Assembly: GCA_015680685.1 (NCBI GenBank)
Contig: MNCI01000399.1
Coordinates: forward strand, 103,044-167,043
Source of the DNA: Gnetum montanum
Taxonomy: Eukaryota > Plantae > Gnetophyta
Reading direction: 5' to 3'
DNA: 64,000 nucleotides
This document shows, piece after piece, positions 1 to 14,622 of this stretch. Under the pieces are notes generated by a model. That model was given only the letters and a program-made list of their open reading frames with translations. It had not been told where the DNA came from and did no database searches. The translations under genes were made by a program, and so were the position numbers. The stretch's first letter is position 1. Each line of letters starts with the position of its first letter.

Positions 1-1990
1 TGTGACCTTGATGCTCAAGATTTGGTTAGCTTATCTTTCCATAGCAAGAGTACTTGTTTCACACCACTTTTGCTACCCTTCTTAAGCCACAATCCCATGG
101 CCTAATTACAACCTTTCCTTATCCTAAACAACAATGATGATCTATGTTTAGCATTCATGCATTGTGGCCATATGACATCTCCTTCATTAAGCTCCACCAT
201 CAAGTTTGTTGGATGTAACACATCTCATTCATTGAGAAAACCAAGTTTGGCCATGGCAATGAAACCCAATGAAGGTTTCACCCTGTAGAAAAAAGAAGGA
301 GGGGAGAAGCAAATTGCCAAGAAAGTTGAAAGACCAATAAAGCCTAAAAGTCAAGTCAACATCTCCAAAATGAGAAAATGGAGGAGCCTAATGGCCAAAG
401 AAGCCTTGGAGTGAAGTGTCAATTCCTTAAAAACATTACCAAGTGACCAACACTTCAAAGCATAAAGCATGAAGACTACATTGATCGACAAGCATGTCAT
501 TGCCATATTGTAACCATGATGTCAACACGTGGAATTCATTGTTAAGCCTTGTGAGCATTCCCTTATAATCAAATATAGCCTTCATCCTGTAACATTTCAT
601 CATAATCCCATCTCATCATCATAAGCACTCTTCGAAATGGTTCAACCACTATGGAATCAAGCGTGGGGAGGAAACATTGGTGATAGACCTATGGTGGTGT
701 TTTGCATTCTTTGTCAATGTCTCCCAGGTCAATCATCAAAACATCAACCAAGATGATCCAATGAAACACCACAAAGAAATTTCATGTTACAAACCATGCC
801 CAAAACCATTGTAATTTGGTGTAAAATAATGGTAGATATAATTGCCTTATTTTTTCCAACACTTGGCATTGTAACGTTCACCATTGAACTTGAGGTAAAA
901 TTTTATTCTAAAATGTGAAATTTGCAATTCATGGGCTACAATCTCACATACTATAACTTATTAAGGCTAAAAAAGGCTTCATCAGTTATTATTGCCTCGC
1001 TTTCCAAGTGAAAAAAAGTTATATCATGCATGTACCTAGGCTTGGGAAGGCTAAAAATGCCTTAGGAATCATCAAATTTGGATTTTTCATGGCTTTTATA
1101 CTAGTCAAAGCTATTTATATGCTAGTATTATCTATAACTAATGTATAAATTATTGGGCTTTGATTTTCATGGTGAAGCCAACGTATTTTCTATGGGACCT
1201 AGTGTATTAATGTCAAGACCAACATACTTATGGTGAAGCCAACATATCTTTTTGAAGCTAGCATATCATTATGGAACCCAACTTATTTATGATGATGTTC
1301 ATGCATCAAACATACCAAACTAAAGAAATACGTTGAGGTTGATGGCCTTGCAATGTCAAAAATTTGCAACAATGTGTCATCAATCATGACAAAAATTTGC
1401 AACAACGTACCAAACTCCAATGACCTATATAAATCAAAGATGATCACTTCACAAGGAACTTTTGGCAAATTTGCATTCAACTAAGCATAGAGAATCTTAG
1501 AGCATTGCAACTCAACTAAAAGTCCAACACTAACAACCATCCATTTACCAATGAAGTAGATCTAGTACCAGAGAACTAACAAGGAGTTTCAAGAGCACAA
1601 GTTCAGTGCATCTGAATCATGAAGCTGACTGCAGGACACACTCTGCTAGTTTCATCAGACTTTAAGCATGTTCTATGTAGCTCTTTATGCACCATAAGCA
1701 CATACACTTGTGCTCATTTAAACTCTATTTCTTCAACATTTTATTATTTTAATAAAATATTGCAGTTCATTTGTGTATTCCAAGTTTATTTTTGTGTCTT
1801 CTCTAGCATTAGATTTGCAATTTCCATTAATTTTATTTACATAGGTTTTACAAATTCTAGGTCCCTAGGTGATTGCAAAAATGGTCCAAGGTGCTTTAGA
1901 TCCCTTCCTTGAGGCTTGTGAGATCCAATGTTAAACTGTTTTGCCAGATATCTTGAGTTTTTCTAGCACCAAATTTTTCTTGTGCTACAT
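1..1990. mobile_element. Highly decayed LTR-retrotransposon-like sequence
   Basis: PPT-like ATCAAGCGTGGGGAGG at about 656, short internal repeats (GGTGAAGCCAAC) and an end at ...GTGCTACA. No protein motif recognised. Confidence 0.3.
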
Positions 1991-2039
1991 TTAGTAAATC
2001 ATTTTTCTTTGAAAGGTTTTAGTATGGAATCCTTCTAGG

Positions 2040-4400
2040 CCTTTAGTATGTATATTCCTCATCTTATAAGAAAAACACATCAAAGTATCCTTGAAGTAGA
2101 AATTACAACGGAAGAAATCAAAGTAGCAACTTTTAGTTTAACAAATGGTAAATCTCCAGACTTTGATGGTTTTCCTATTGAATTTTTTAAGAAGAATTGA
2201 GACATCATTGAAGATTATCTCTTTAATGTTTTCCAAGAATCCATTAATAAATTTTCTCTTGTAAAAATATTAATAAAGGTTTGATTCATCTTTGTCCTAA
2301 AAATGGAGATCATTAACATATTAGTAATTGGATGTCTATTTCTCTTCTTAATAATATTTATAAAATTTTAGCTAAATGCATGGCTTGTCAAATTCAAAAA
2401 ATTATTGAAGATATTATTAGACCGAATGAGATAGGTTTTGTTAAAGGTAGATATATCTTAAATAATGTTATTGCAACTTAGAAATAAATGCAATGGGCTT
2501 GTGATACTAACCAAGACATTGCTTTTATTAAGTTAGATTATGCTAAAGCTTATGACATGATTGAATGGAATTTCATTATTTCTTATCTCTATTAACTAGG
2601 ATTTGGTGATATTTTATTTGACTTATCCATATGTCACTCATTGATGCTAATGTTCAAGTTGCTACTAACTTTGGATTACGTTCCTCATTTTCTCTTCAAT
2701 GGTTGATTCATCAATGTTGTCCTCTAACTCACTATATATTTATTGTTGTTCTAGATTTTTTTTTCACATAATCTACATTATGATCTACAAAGGAATTTCA
2801 TTAAGAGAATTTCAATTGATGATCAAGGTATGCAATTGCTTAACATGCACTATGCAAATGATTCTTTTTTTATGATACACAATTCTTTACAACATATCAA
2901 TACTCTTTCAACTAGAGTGAAAGATTATTGCATGTTATTTGGCTCTTAGATCAATTGGCAAAAATGCGTTGTTTATTGTAATGGCAATATTGATTAGTAG
3001 GTTACTCTTAAGCCTTAAAACTCTTTAATAAAATTCTAACTTTAAAGTTTTAGGAATACATTTTTCTTTTGAGCCTAATCGTACATTCTGTGAAATTATG
3101 TGGTCGACAAAATGTAAAAGAAGCTTGATAAATGGGGAAAAAAAGCTTATTCTTGCTAGCAAAGTTTTAGTTATTAAGTAAATGCTTTAAGCAACTTATG
3201 TTTATTCTCCATTTGTTAGATTTTTTCTAAAACTTTATGAAACATAGAAAAGGTTTTTCTAGAGTTTCTTGGAATATTTGCTCTAGTAGCAAGAAAGATG
3301 GAGGACTTGGCCTCATTATTTGTTATAACTAGGGTATTTATCTTATAGCAAAATATATGTTGAAGTGCATTAATGGAGATGATGTTTGGATTCTCCTTTT
3401 AAGAAATAGACTTATGCAAGGAGAACTTTCAAATAACTTTCTTCACTATCTTTTTTTTTCCCTCATGTTATTTCTAGTTCTAGTTTTCCAATTCTTAAAT
3501 AAATTTGGAAGGCATGGTGCAAGCCTAGTAAATATTGGAATTACAATCATATTACAATTTTAGAAAATATGCTTAAGCAAATTAGCCCATGGTGGCTTCC
3601 TTTTAATGAAGCTTAAGCTACTATACATTTAGATTGTGTACCACTTGGAGTAAATTTGGCATCACTGTAGTTTCTTATCTGTGTATGCATGATAGATGGA
3701 TTACTTGGAATAAAGCTTCTAGTCTCTATAGTTTGAATAGAAAGAGAAATTTTTTTTTGAAAAATTAATGTCTAATCTCGAGAATTTATTAAAGTTGAAA
3801 ATAATTTGCATCAAACTTTCCAAATATCTTTTGGAAGGATGGCAAATATGTTTTTCCTTTTAATTTGAAATTTGCTTATGACATTATTAGAAATAATGAT
3901 TTTATTTATAACAAATTCAATCAAGCCTGGAAAATGCAATGATCATCACACTTTTGGATGAGAAAGATATTTCGAGAGCTCTTACATTTCCTAAAATTAG
4001 TATTTTTTTGTGAAATCTTATTCATGAAGGTCTTCCTATTGACACTTGTTTTAAATATATTGGAAATGTTTCTCCTCAATGTCCTCTTTGTATAAGTGAA
4101 GACTCGTTTTCTCATGTTTTTTTGAGTATCTTGCTACCCAACATGCTTGGAAATGGACATTCAAATTTTGTAACAATTTTCTTGGTGATCAACCTACTTT
4201 GTCTACTTCATCTCTTTGCATTTGGAATTTTCTTCAATCACTTGTTCTTTACTCAATTTGAAATCTTTGATGTGTAGTTATTTTCTAGCAACAAGAGCAT
4301 AACTATGACCTCTCTTCAAGTGTCAAATACCAGATTCTTCAAGATGTCACTTTTTAGCTATAACTTCAAGCAAAAAAGCTTTTAGTAAAAGATGAATAAT
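2040..4400 (+). mobile_element. Old, AT-rich, degenerate L1-type LINE ORF2 (RT) remnant
   Basis: Interrupted motifs: EITTEEIK..NGKSPDFDGFPIEFFK (2095-2190), GFVKGRYI, KLDYAKAYD (about 2530), HYAND (about 2850), GGLGL (about 3300) and zf-RVT CPLC..ED..SH (about 4080). Many stops and frameshifts. Confidence 0.8.
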
Positions 4401-5334
4401 TAATTTGTTTTTTATAGTGTTAATTCTTTTGGAGGCTTATGGATGAGAAGCTTTCAACCTTTATTGCTATTTGTTCCTTCACCATCCCCTTCCCCCACAC
4501 ACTCCCACCCAACCCCACCACAGCACCCNCCCCCCAAACCACGAATCAAAACAACTCATAACCCAAAACCAATATACATACTAGGGGATGTTAGCCTAGT
4601 GGTGAAACTCTTGATTTGGAAGCTTTAATTCACAAGTTTGATTATGGTGGACAATGCTAAGTTATAAAGTTCTAAGTAGACTATTTATCTTAGGGTGTAC
4701 CTATATTACAATCATTTCAGAGTTCCAACATGCCCCAATATATATGCTGTGAGTTTTAAAAATATCATTAAGAAAATTACCAAGCATTCTTGGTAACATT
4801 TGGAACAAATCAACCAAATTTGCAATTGTAATATTCCATCTGTCTAATATGCTCAAATGAATGACATTGTAGAAAAATATGATATTCATCTTTAATACTA
4901 TTTGTATTGCATAGTTGGTATATTCATTTTTCACAAGGAATTTTGTGCCATCTACCTATTTTCACTCTTAAATAATGAGATCCAATTCCTACTTTGCTAA
5001 TTATGCATTATAACTGATGAGGAATAGTAGTAGATAAATAATTTGCCTTTGAATTAAGCCCTCCTTTGATACTATTCAAATAGAAAAGTTTTTAGCTTTC
5101 TATATTTTCCCAAAGTTTTTGATATATTGCTTATTTTACCAAATTGCAAACTTGGCTTAGGATCAAAATAGAGAATGCACTCTTGAATATTGCACTTAGT
5201 AAGCCATAGAGCTCATGCATGAAGCTATCTTTTTTCATGGATTTCAATCATTACTTTTTAAAGAATATTTATTCAATAAAGATAAAAGAAGATTATGAGT
5301 GTATGATAAACAGCTTAACCTTTAATAACATCAT

Positions 5335-6221
5335 TGATGAAACATGTTTTTGGCTAGACCTAACGTCACATACGTGATGTCTAGGCCTACATCCAATGTC
5401 AAACATCCAACAACAAGGCATTTTCCCAAGTCTATAAATACCACTGTTGGGCTTTATTTTTTAGTCAGCTTTGGATAGTTTAGTTTTCAGTTTTTGAGCA
5501 AGGTAGCGAAGCTCTTGTCTTTTCTCTTCCTCTGAGTTAGAATATTTTTTGAATACCCATAAAAGGAGTCTAAAGTGTGTACGGTTCTTTCTTTGAACAT
5601 TGATGTACCTAAGCGCATCATTGTGACAGGAATAAAATGAACTCTTTTGATAATCCTTGTAGCACTAAGAATAGCTTAATATTTCCTTTAGTGCATTCTA
5701 CTTTCTTGTTCTTTACTTTAATGCATTTGATTAAGCAATATATTTTTAGTAGTTAATGAACACGACCATGACCACTTCAAGCATTCATATAGTACTTGGT
5801 AACCCAGCAACACTTAACATTTGGTAGCTCAGCAATGCTATATATGTTCAGGAAAGTGGGATAGTTACTTGTGTTAGGCTAGCTAGGCAATAGACATTAG
5901 TTTTTAATCTACTCTACCCTTTCTTGTAGGTGATCACATCTATAAAACATAAACGATAAAAATCAAATATCTCAATTCCACTTAAACCATACCCTTGAGT
6001 TTCACAAGTGTAGTTGGGAAGACAATGAACATTCATAGTACCTATTTCACTTCTTAGAGGAGCTAGTGTACAAGATAACTATAGGTCCACNGTAGTACCT
6101 ATTTCACTTCTTAGAGGAGCTAGTGTACAAGATAACTATAGGTCCACAAAATTTGTCAGGATTGCGTGTAATGCCTTAGTGATTTGTATGATTGGGCATA
6201 GGGGTACCTTATCGCTCATCA
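5335..6221 (+). repeat. 5' LTR of the Athila-like element
   Basis: TG...CA termini, direct repeat of 14623-15358, contains CTATAAATA (about 5432), followed by the PBS. Confidence 0.88.
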
Positions 6222-9200
6222 TTGGCACTGTTACCAAGGAACTTTTTGTTTTTTTATGCACTATCTAGGACTTATTGGAAGTATTTAAATTGTTGAAGCA
6301 TACCTTAGAGTCATATCTTCTTTCACTTTTACTACAAAAAATTATCATAGCACACTATGATTTCTATTTTGCTAACCAAAAATGTCTTCTTCACAAGAGC
6401 ACTTCTCTGCCCAAGCCTGATAATGTTGTTCCATCAAAGCCTCAACAATATCAAATTATATATACTCATCCTAATGAGTGTGTGCCAAACTTCACCTTCA
6501 TCATACACCAGGATGAACAACTATGGTGGTGTGACATGGAGGGCAACATTGTGATGCTGCCTAATCGTGCTACTCCTATAATGCTCTATCAAATGCTTAC
6601 ACAATGTGGTCTTCAAGACCACCATGGGGATTATATCGTGGAAGATGTCAATGCCAGGTAATATCATCCTACTAAAGCACAACACCTATGAGATTGGCAA
6701 CTAGAATAGTGCTATGAGTTTTTGAAGGGAAAAGGGCTTAACGATCCTCCATTCCTATTGTACCAACAAGCTAGTAGGGAACCCTTCTCTGGGGATTTTA
6801 CATTCATTGATGCTCCTCTCTTTGACTTCAGTGATGGAGGTCAAAACCAAAACTTGCACTCCATAGTTCACAATCCTTATTCTAGTAACAAGGGATCCAA
6901 TAATAAAGAAGGATCCAGGGAGGGGGGGGGGAGAAAGTCAAGATAGGGGTGCAAACAAGAAGCAAGATTATGACCATGGTTGCTATCACTAAAGAGGCAG
7001 TAGTAGGCATCGTGATGGTTCTGGTTCTTCTTCCTTTTCCCCTTTGTCTTCTTCTTCTTCTTCTATCTTTGATCATAACCATGAAAGGCGAGATTGTGAT
7101 GGAGGTGAATGAAATGATCAAAATGAGTGTAATGATCAATGGGACCATGATAAGCAAGGGGACCACCAAGATAGAAAAAATCAAGGACATAGACATTCAA
7201 GAGAAGTACATCACCTTGAAAAAAGAGGCAGCAAAGGGCATTCTAGGAATCATGATCAAGGCCTTGATGAGCCTGTATTTGCCACCTAGAGCATGCTCAA
7301 CATTGTAGAGGCAGTCAAAATCCCAACAAGACATGTGAAAGGTAGCTGAATCAAATGGTTAGACATGAACAATATTCCTCAATTTGAAGGGGGATATAAC
7401 TTTGATCTGTAGAATCATCTTCAAGCTTTTCAAGATGCATGTGCCTTGGAGAACATAGAGCATGAGTGGCAGAAATTGAAGTTGTTCCCAATGATACTTA
7501 TCAAAGAAGTAGAGAACTGGTATCAGTCCTTGGAACTGGAATCTATTAAGTGATGGAGTACCATGCTCGAACTGTTCAATGAAAAATATCAAACATACTC
7601 CAGAGTGTCCAACTTAAGGAAGCAAATCCAAGGCTAGAAGCAAGGAACACATGAACCCTTGGATGCTGCTATTGGCCAATACTATGCCTTAATGCACAAA
7701 TGTCCTTGTATGATTATTCTTAATTAGTTCAACTTTGCCACATCGTAGACAGGCTTCATAATGAAACGAGGAAAACCCTTGGTGTCTATGCCCAAGGACG
7801 ATTATCAGAACTAAGTGCTCACTAGGTATAGAGATTTATAAAGTAGCTAAAGAGGAGGATGAGCTATGAAAAAGAGAAAGTGTAGAGGAGTATAACCGCG
7901 ATCCTTTCATTCACAAAAGGGAGGTTCAATTTTTCAATAGTGAGGAAAAATCCATACTTGATGAGGGGGTGCATAAAAAAGCCTTACCACTTCAATAGTT
8001 CCAATCTAAACTTACAACTAAGGTTGATCAGTTAAGTGACTCTATGGATAGCAGATTTCAAACTATCCTCAAAATTACTGAGGAGTCTATATAACAAGGT
8101 AGTAACCATGAGCATAGGAGGCATAAAGAAACTAAATGTGCATCATACAAAGGTAAGGGCAAAATTGCTGCAATAGAAGAGGTTGTGGAGAGTGAATTAG
8201 ATGATGATAGTGGATGTGATGTTTGTCAATATGAACATCCTAAGGGATGTTGCCCTATCGTGTCACATCTACAAGAGTCTGGGGTGTATGCCTTACATCC
8301 ATGACTACACAAATGCAAACATCCAAAAGGTTGTCTTATCCTCAAAGTAATCTTAGGTAGTTCCACTAGTAACAACTGTACTATCCAAGCAGAGCTCCAC
8401 CACAACTGTATGAATAGTATCAATAGTGGCAGCAACCATAAGCTTGGGCATTGGCACCTCCAAGGCAACAATACCCTTATCGGTAGCCTAATCCATATGG
8501 TTACCTTGTTTAGCAACCCATGTCTCCATGTGACTCTTCTAGTCACATTTCTCATTTACAGCCTTACTACCACCCTTCTAATTATTATCAAACTCCATCT
8601 CCACATGAAAGAAGGGACACCACCTCTTAGCCTTATCCTCCTCTTATCCCTACACACACTCCTCCTCCAGTTGCATAGCTACCACCAACTCCTCCTTCTA
8701 TGCAGGATGAACTACCAGCTCAACCACAATAATGCAATGCTATGAGGATTATTAATTTGCAACCGAACCATCAACTAGAAGGGTTGAATGCCCAATCAAA
8801 GAAAAGACCATTCTTTCAGCCCCATAGTCCACCTAAGTCCTCACCTACATCCATGGTTGACAACCCTGCTTCTGCCTCTTCCTCCATATCAAATTTCTTT
8901 GGGCCTCCTTCAAACCAAACTCTACCAAGGATCCATACTGTAATGCTCACTCATACTGTGTCTGTTGGATTCAAGTAGGAAACCTTCCTAGGAAGTTAGC
9001 CAATTTTGGAAGTCCTCTCATTTATTTTCAGATTACTAGGAATGAACTATGCAAGGCTCTTCTTTATTTAGGTTCTGATGTTAATTTGACTTCTCATGAG
9101 ATCTACACTACTTGGAACCTGCCTCCTCTTAAGAAGAGAAATATCCAATTAGAATTGGCAGACCAGTCCATCACTATTCCATTGGAATTGGTAGAAGACA

Positions 9201-12200
9201 TTGTGACCACTGTCTGTGGGTGATCTTATCCTGTTAATTTCCTAGTAATCAAAGTGAAGAATTGCAAAGGGTTCTTCCCAATCATCATGGGCAGAGCATG
9301 GCTAAGCATCATAGATCTAAGAATGAGCATCCAAGATCTTTCCTTAGAGATATCTAAAGAAAATGAATTTGGAAAGATTGAGAAAAAGAGAGTTCCATGC
9401 ATCATGTACAGCGATAGCAGGTGCAATTGTGTGCAGAAACTTTGGACCATCAAGCGAGCATCTATCTCTACATGCAAGTAGTGTGTGCCAGAAATAGAAA
9501 TTCAAGCTGTCTATATGTAGTAGCCACAAAATAGAAGGGCATCCAGTGGTTGACCATTGATTTTGAAAGTAGCACACTGTGCATGAAACCAACTAAGAGC
9601 CTGACATATGAATATGTCATGAGCATGGATGAACTTGAGTAAGTTCATTACCAACTCTCCGATGATATAGATCATGATATTCATTGGGGAGAGTTGGAAA
9701 TTCCTGATAAATTCAAGCAAGAGCCTCTTGAACTGAAAAAATTACTAATTGGAATGAAATACATATTTTTGAAAAGTAAGAAGTTGGTTATAATTAATGC
9801 AAGACTTGCTCCAGAACAAAAATAGATGTTGTTGAAGGTAGTAGAAAGATAGTTAGCAGCCTTTGCTTAGTCATATCTTGAACTCACAGGGATTGATCCT
9901 AGGATATGCCAACATTGCATTCACATTGACCCAACCATGAAGCCAAAATGATAGCCATAGAGGTGACTGAACCCCAAATTAAAGCAAATTGTCAAATAGG
10001 AAATTGAGAAACTTCTCAAGGCGGGGTTCATTTATCCCATTGTGCATAGTGAGTGGGTTAGTCCACTCGTAATTGTACCAAAGAAGGATGGAAAGTGGCC
10101 GGTTTGCATTGATTTTAGGTTGCTAAATATGGCAACATTCAAGGATCATTTCCCATCATCATTTGTTGAGCAAATGCTAGACACAATATCAGGACATTGC
10201 TATTATAGCTTCCTGGATGGTTATAGTGGTTATAATCAAATTTAAATTGCACCAGAGGACCAACATTCACAAGTCCTTGAGGGAATTTTACATATTGTAA
10301 GATGTCATTTGATCTATGCAATGCTCTTTCCACCTTCCAACACCTAGTCCTAAGCATCTTTCAATAGCAGATTAGTAGTGGTGTGGAAGTCTTCATGGAT
10401 GACTTCTCCACCTATGGAGCTACAGTTCAGCAAGCCTTGGACTGCCTTGAGAATGTGCTAAAATGATGTGTTGAAATTAACTTGCAGCTGAATTAGCAAG
10501 AAGGGTCATCTCATAGTCTAGGAAGGTGTCATATTGGGGAAAAAGATATCAAAAGTAGGAATTGAGGTGGATCCTAAAAAAATAAGGGTCATCTAAGGAA
10601 TAATCCACTAGCTAAAAATAGTTAAAGATGTTTGTTCATTTCTTGGACACACTGGCTACTACCAATGATTCATAGAGAATTTCTCTAAGGTTGCAAAATC
10701 ATTGGTGGAGCTCACAAAGAAAGATGCTCCTTTTGTCTAAACCAAGGAATGTGAAAAAACATTCCAAAAACTAAAGGAAAAGCTTGTAGTGACTCCAATC
10801 CTACAAGCACCAAATTGGTCTAGACCATTTCATAGCATGATAGATGCATCAAACTATGCCTTGGGAGAAGTACTGACACAGTTAGATGACAAGAAACATC
10901 CATACTACATCCACTACGTCAACCAAAGCAGTGTGGGTGCACAACTAAACTACACCACTACAAAGAAAGAATTGATGGTGGTGGTGTTTTCTCTAGAAAA
11001 GTTTAGGCATTATGTGCTTGGTTATAAGATATTTATGCATACAAACCATAGCGCCATTTTCTTCCTAATGAACAAGCCAACGGTGAGCCCTTGTGTCATA
11101 CGATGGCTGTGATCTTTCAGGAATTCGATCTTACGATGATAGATTGAAAGGACATTGAGAATGTGGTGCTAATCACTTGTCTCAGTTGCTATGGGATGAC
11201 AAAGAGGAAGAAATCCCATTATCTGATACATTTTTTGATGAACTCCTCTAGGACAATCACTGAACAAATTCCCAATGAGCCAAAATGGTATGATGGCATT
11301 CTCACCTATCTTCTCACTCAAGAGATGCCACAAGAGTTGGACCACCAAAAGAAATAATAGTTTCTTCACTAGGTAAAGCACTTCATGGAGATTATGGACA
11401 CCTCTACAAGGTGTGCATTGATGGTCTGATTCATTGGTGTGTCCTTGATATTGATTAATTGCGTGTGCTCCAAGATGCTCATGAAGGTCCTTGTGGAGGA
11501 CACTGTGCCAAGAGATGCATGGCCATTAAAATCCTGATGGTAGGGTACTATTAGCCAACACTTTTCAAGGATGCTCACCATTATGTTTGCTCTTGCAAAA
11601 AATGCCAAAGAGATGGTGGAATAACTGCTTGAATGGAGGAACCTCAACAATGGATTCAACCGCTGGAACCATTCAACATTTAGGGCATTGATTTCATGGG
11701 TCTCGTCACATCCATGTCAAATGGAAAGGCATACATCATAGTTGTTGTTGACTATTGTACAAAGTAGGCAAAAGTAGTAGCCATCATCAACTATTCATCT
11801 TCTACTACTACTCAGTTTGTACAACAAAATGTTGTAAACAGGTTTGGTGTGCCACATGTATTAATTTCTAACAATGGAACTCATTTTATAGGCACTACTT
11901 TTTAAAAGCTTATGCAATGCTTGGGGGTTGAACATAAACTCAAAACACCCTACCATCCCCAAGATGATGGTCAAGCTGAGGTTACTAATAGGGAAATCAC
12001 ACAAATACTAACAAGAACTGTTAGTAGGTATAAAAAGGATTGGAGCACAAAGCTCAACAATGCCCTTTGGGCCTACCACTCAACATGGAAACTTCCTATA
12101 GGCTACTTTCTCTATGAACTTTTGTACGGGAAATTATCAACACTTTCCATTCAATTTGAACTTCATACACTTTCAACAACCTGTGACCTTGACCTTGACT

Positions 12201-14622
12201 TGAGTTTAGCCCAAAAAGAACAATTGATGAATCTCAACTTGCTAGACGAAAACTGATTAGTAGCCTTATCATCTAATGAATTGCACAAGGCCTATAACAA
12301 AAAGCGTCATGACCTAAAAATTAGAAAAGTCAAATTTTATCCAAGAGATAAGGTTCTCTATTAGAACCCCACACATGTACCTCAATGAACTAAGTTCCAA
12401 ACGTTGTGGGAAGGATCTTACATTATTTATGAGACTTTTCCTTTTAGGACCATGATGATCTATAAACCTGAGAGCCCAAATAAGAAACTGTTGGTCAACA
12501 TTCAACAAATCAAACCTTTCCATGAGCATAAGCTAGCTAACACAACAACAACCTCATCAGATGGACAACCACATTTCATATTTCAGATCTTCTCCTCTCA
12601 ACATAGTCATGGAGGAGATGGCTAACTATGCTAATTATTTAAGTAGCTTCTCAGTTTTTCAACTTTTTTTGTTTTACATATTTTTTTTAGTTATACAACT
12701 TTTTGTTTTACACATTCTTTGTTTTACATATTTTTGTTTTCATGTTATTGATCTTTTTTAATTTTTGTTTTACACTATCATTAGTATATTTGATATTTCT
12801 TGAAAATTTTACACTTTCTTTGATATTTTCTCTTATTTTATTTGGTGTGATCTTCTCATCTTTTGTTAATAAGTGCAAGGTACATTGGTAAGCAGTAATT
12901 GATGGTGGTATGTACTATTTTTATTGTTTGATTGTTGGTGTCTAGTTTCTAACTTTGAATTTTGTTACTGATAATTAGGACATGGTTTCTTTTCATGCAA
13001 TAGGTAATGAGTTCACAACATCCATCCATTCACAAACTCTATGGTTTTCCTTGTTTGGGAAACAAGTAGTCCCTTTTTCATTAATAAAACTTTAATAAAT
13101 CGGTGACTTTGATAGTTTTCAGAATTGGGAAGGATTCAAAGGTTTGAATAGGGTGTAGCTTCAAGGGGATTTGGTATTCTTTATGCTTTTCTATTTGCCT
13201 AGGGGCAGGTGTGTTTTCATGGACTTCTTATCGTTCTGCGTCATCAAATAAAAGAAGTTGAATAAGTCCTTACATGGTGTGGTTCTCATTAAAAAAATGA
13301 TGAGGATTCAAAGCACACCCCATGGTGTGGTTCTCATTTCAAAAAATAAGAAAAAAATAAAAAAAAATAAAAACAAGCAATGGGAATTCAAAGCACACCC
13401 CTTAGACAGAATAAAAATGGCTACATGCACTAGTTATGGGACTAGTCCCCTCTAACTAAGGCCCTTCCTCACTTCCTATTTCTCCTCTAATAAGGAATGA
13501 TGGTTGTTCTGTGGGAGCACTCTTGTGTCTTAGGGGATGGATTGGTCTTAGAATATCAATGTGAAGTCATTGAATGTGGTTGGTTTTGGTCTGGACTAAG
13601 GATGGATCCTTTCAAGTCATTTAACCACAAAATTCAGAAGGGACTTCATGAGACCATGATTCGAAACTCCATTCCACTCTCTTTCTCATCCATTTATGCT
13701 TTCCATGTCTCACCTCACTGCCAGTTTCATGGTTAGGTCTGATGTCTTGGTTTGATGTGTCGGGATTCTTAGTTGTTTCTTTTGGGTTTTTGTACTTAAC
13801 CTTCTATAACCATTAATCATCCACAGAGCCCATAGACTCTTTGGTTTGAAGTTGTGCAAGGGCATAAAAGGCCTGTGCCTGCTTTGGGGAGGACCCACTT
13901 GAATATCTTTTGGTTGGATTAGTTAAGTTCTTTACCCTTAAACACTCTTACAATCAAATTCCTTTTGTTTTACCCCATCAATGACATCTAATTGTATACA
14001 TCTTCACAATAGTTTTTAGTGAACTTTTCTTTTTATTGTTGTGAATTCTTATACCCTCTTCAACTATTTCCTTGTGTTGAACTTTTTTCAAATTTGCTGA
14101 ACCGCTTATCTACTTTACCCTATTTGTTAGCCTTCTCGCTAATATTATCAAGGAAAACAATTTACCACAATCATAACTTAGCCAAGTGTAAACACCAACA
14201 AGACAAGACATTTAACCACTATGTGTTACACTTTGTATACTAATTCATGATTTTATGTTATTGCAGGGGAAAGTATGGATTAGAAGTAGGACTATCTTCA
14301 CCAAGGATGATGTAGCATCACCACACAATGGGGGTCGTTCGTGATCGTTGGAGCTTTTTTTTCTCTCTCATTCTCCTGCTGCTAAGAGGTGTTGGATGTC
14401 AGTGTTATCCAGGGTGTTCACATCTCTTATCATGAACACTCAATGTTGTAAAAATCTTGTAATTTTGTACACTTGGGCACTCAGAGTTTGTATGTCCGTT
14501 TCATCTGAGTCAGTTTGTGTGAAGAGTCAATAATCCCATACCTATCCTCTATGTTATGTTGTAACGAACTTGTTCCTCCTCTTCTTAACTCGAGGATGAG
14601 TTTTCATTTAGTCATGGGGGTA

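Noticed and set aside
6036-6147. Perfect ~55-bp tandem duplication in the 5' LTR
   Set aside because: The units are separated by a single N (6091) and the 3' LTR has one copy, so this is a contig-overlap artefact.
6722-7308. Low-complexity ORFs on both strands as a separate gene
   Set aside because: They lie between the PBS and gag core of the Athila-like element and are out-of-frame readings of its low-complexity gag leader.
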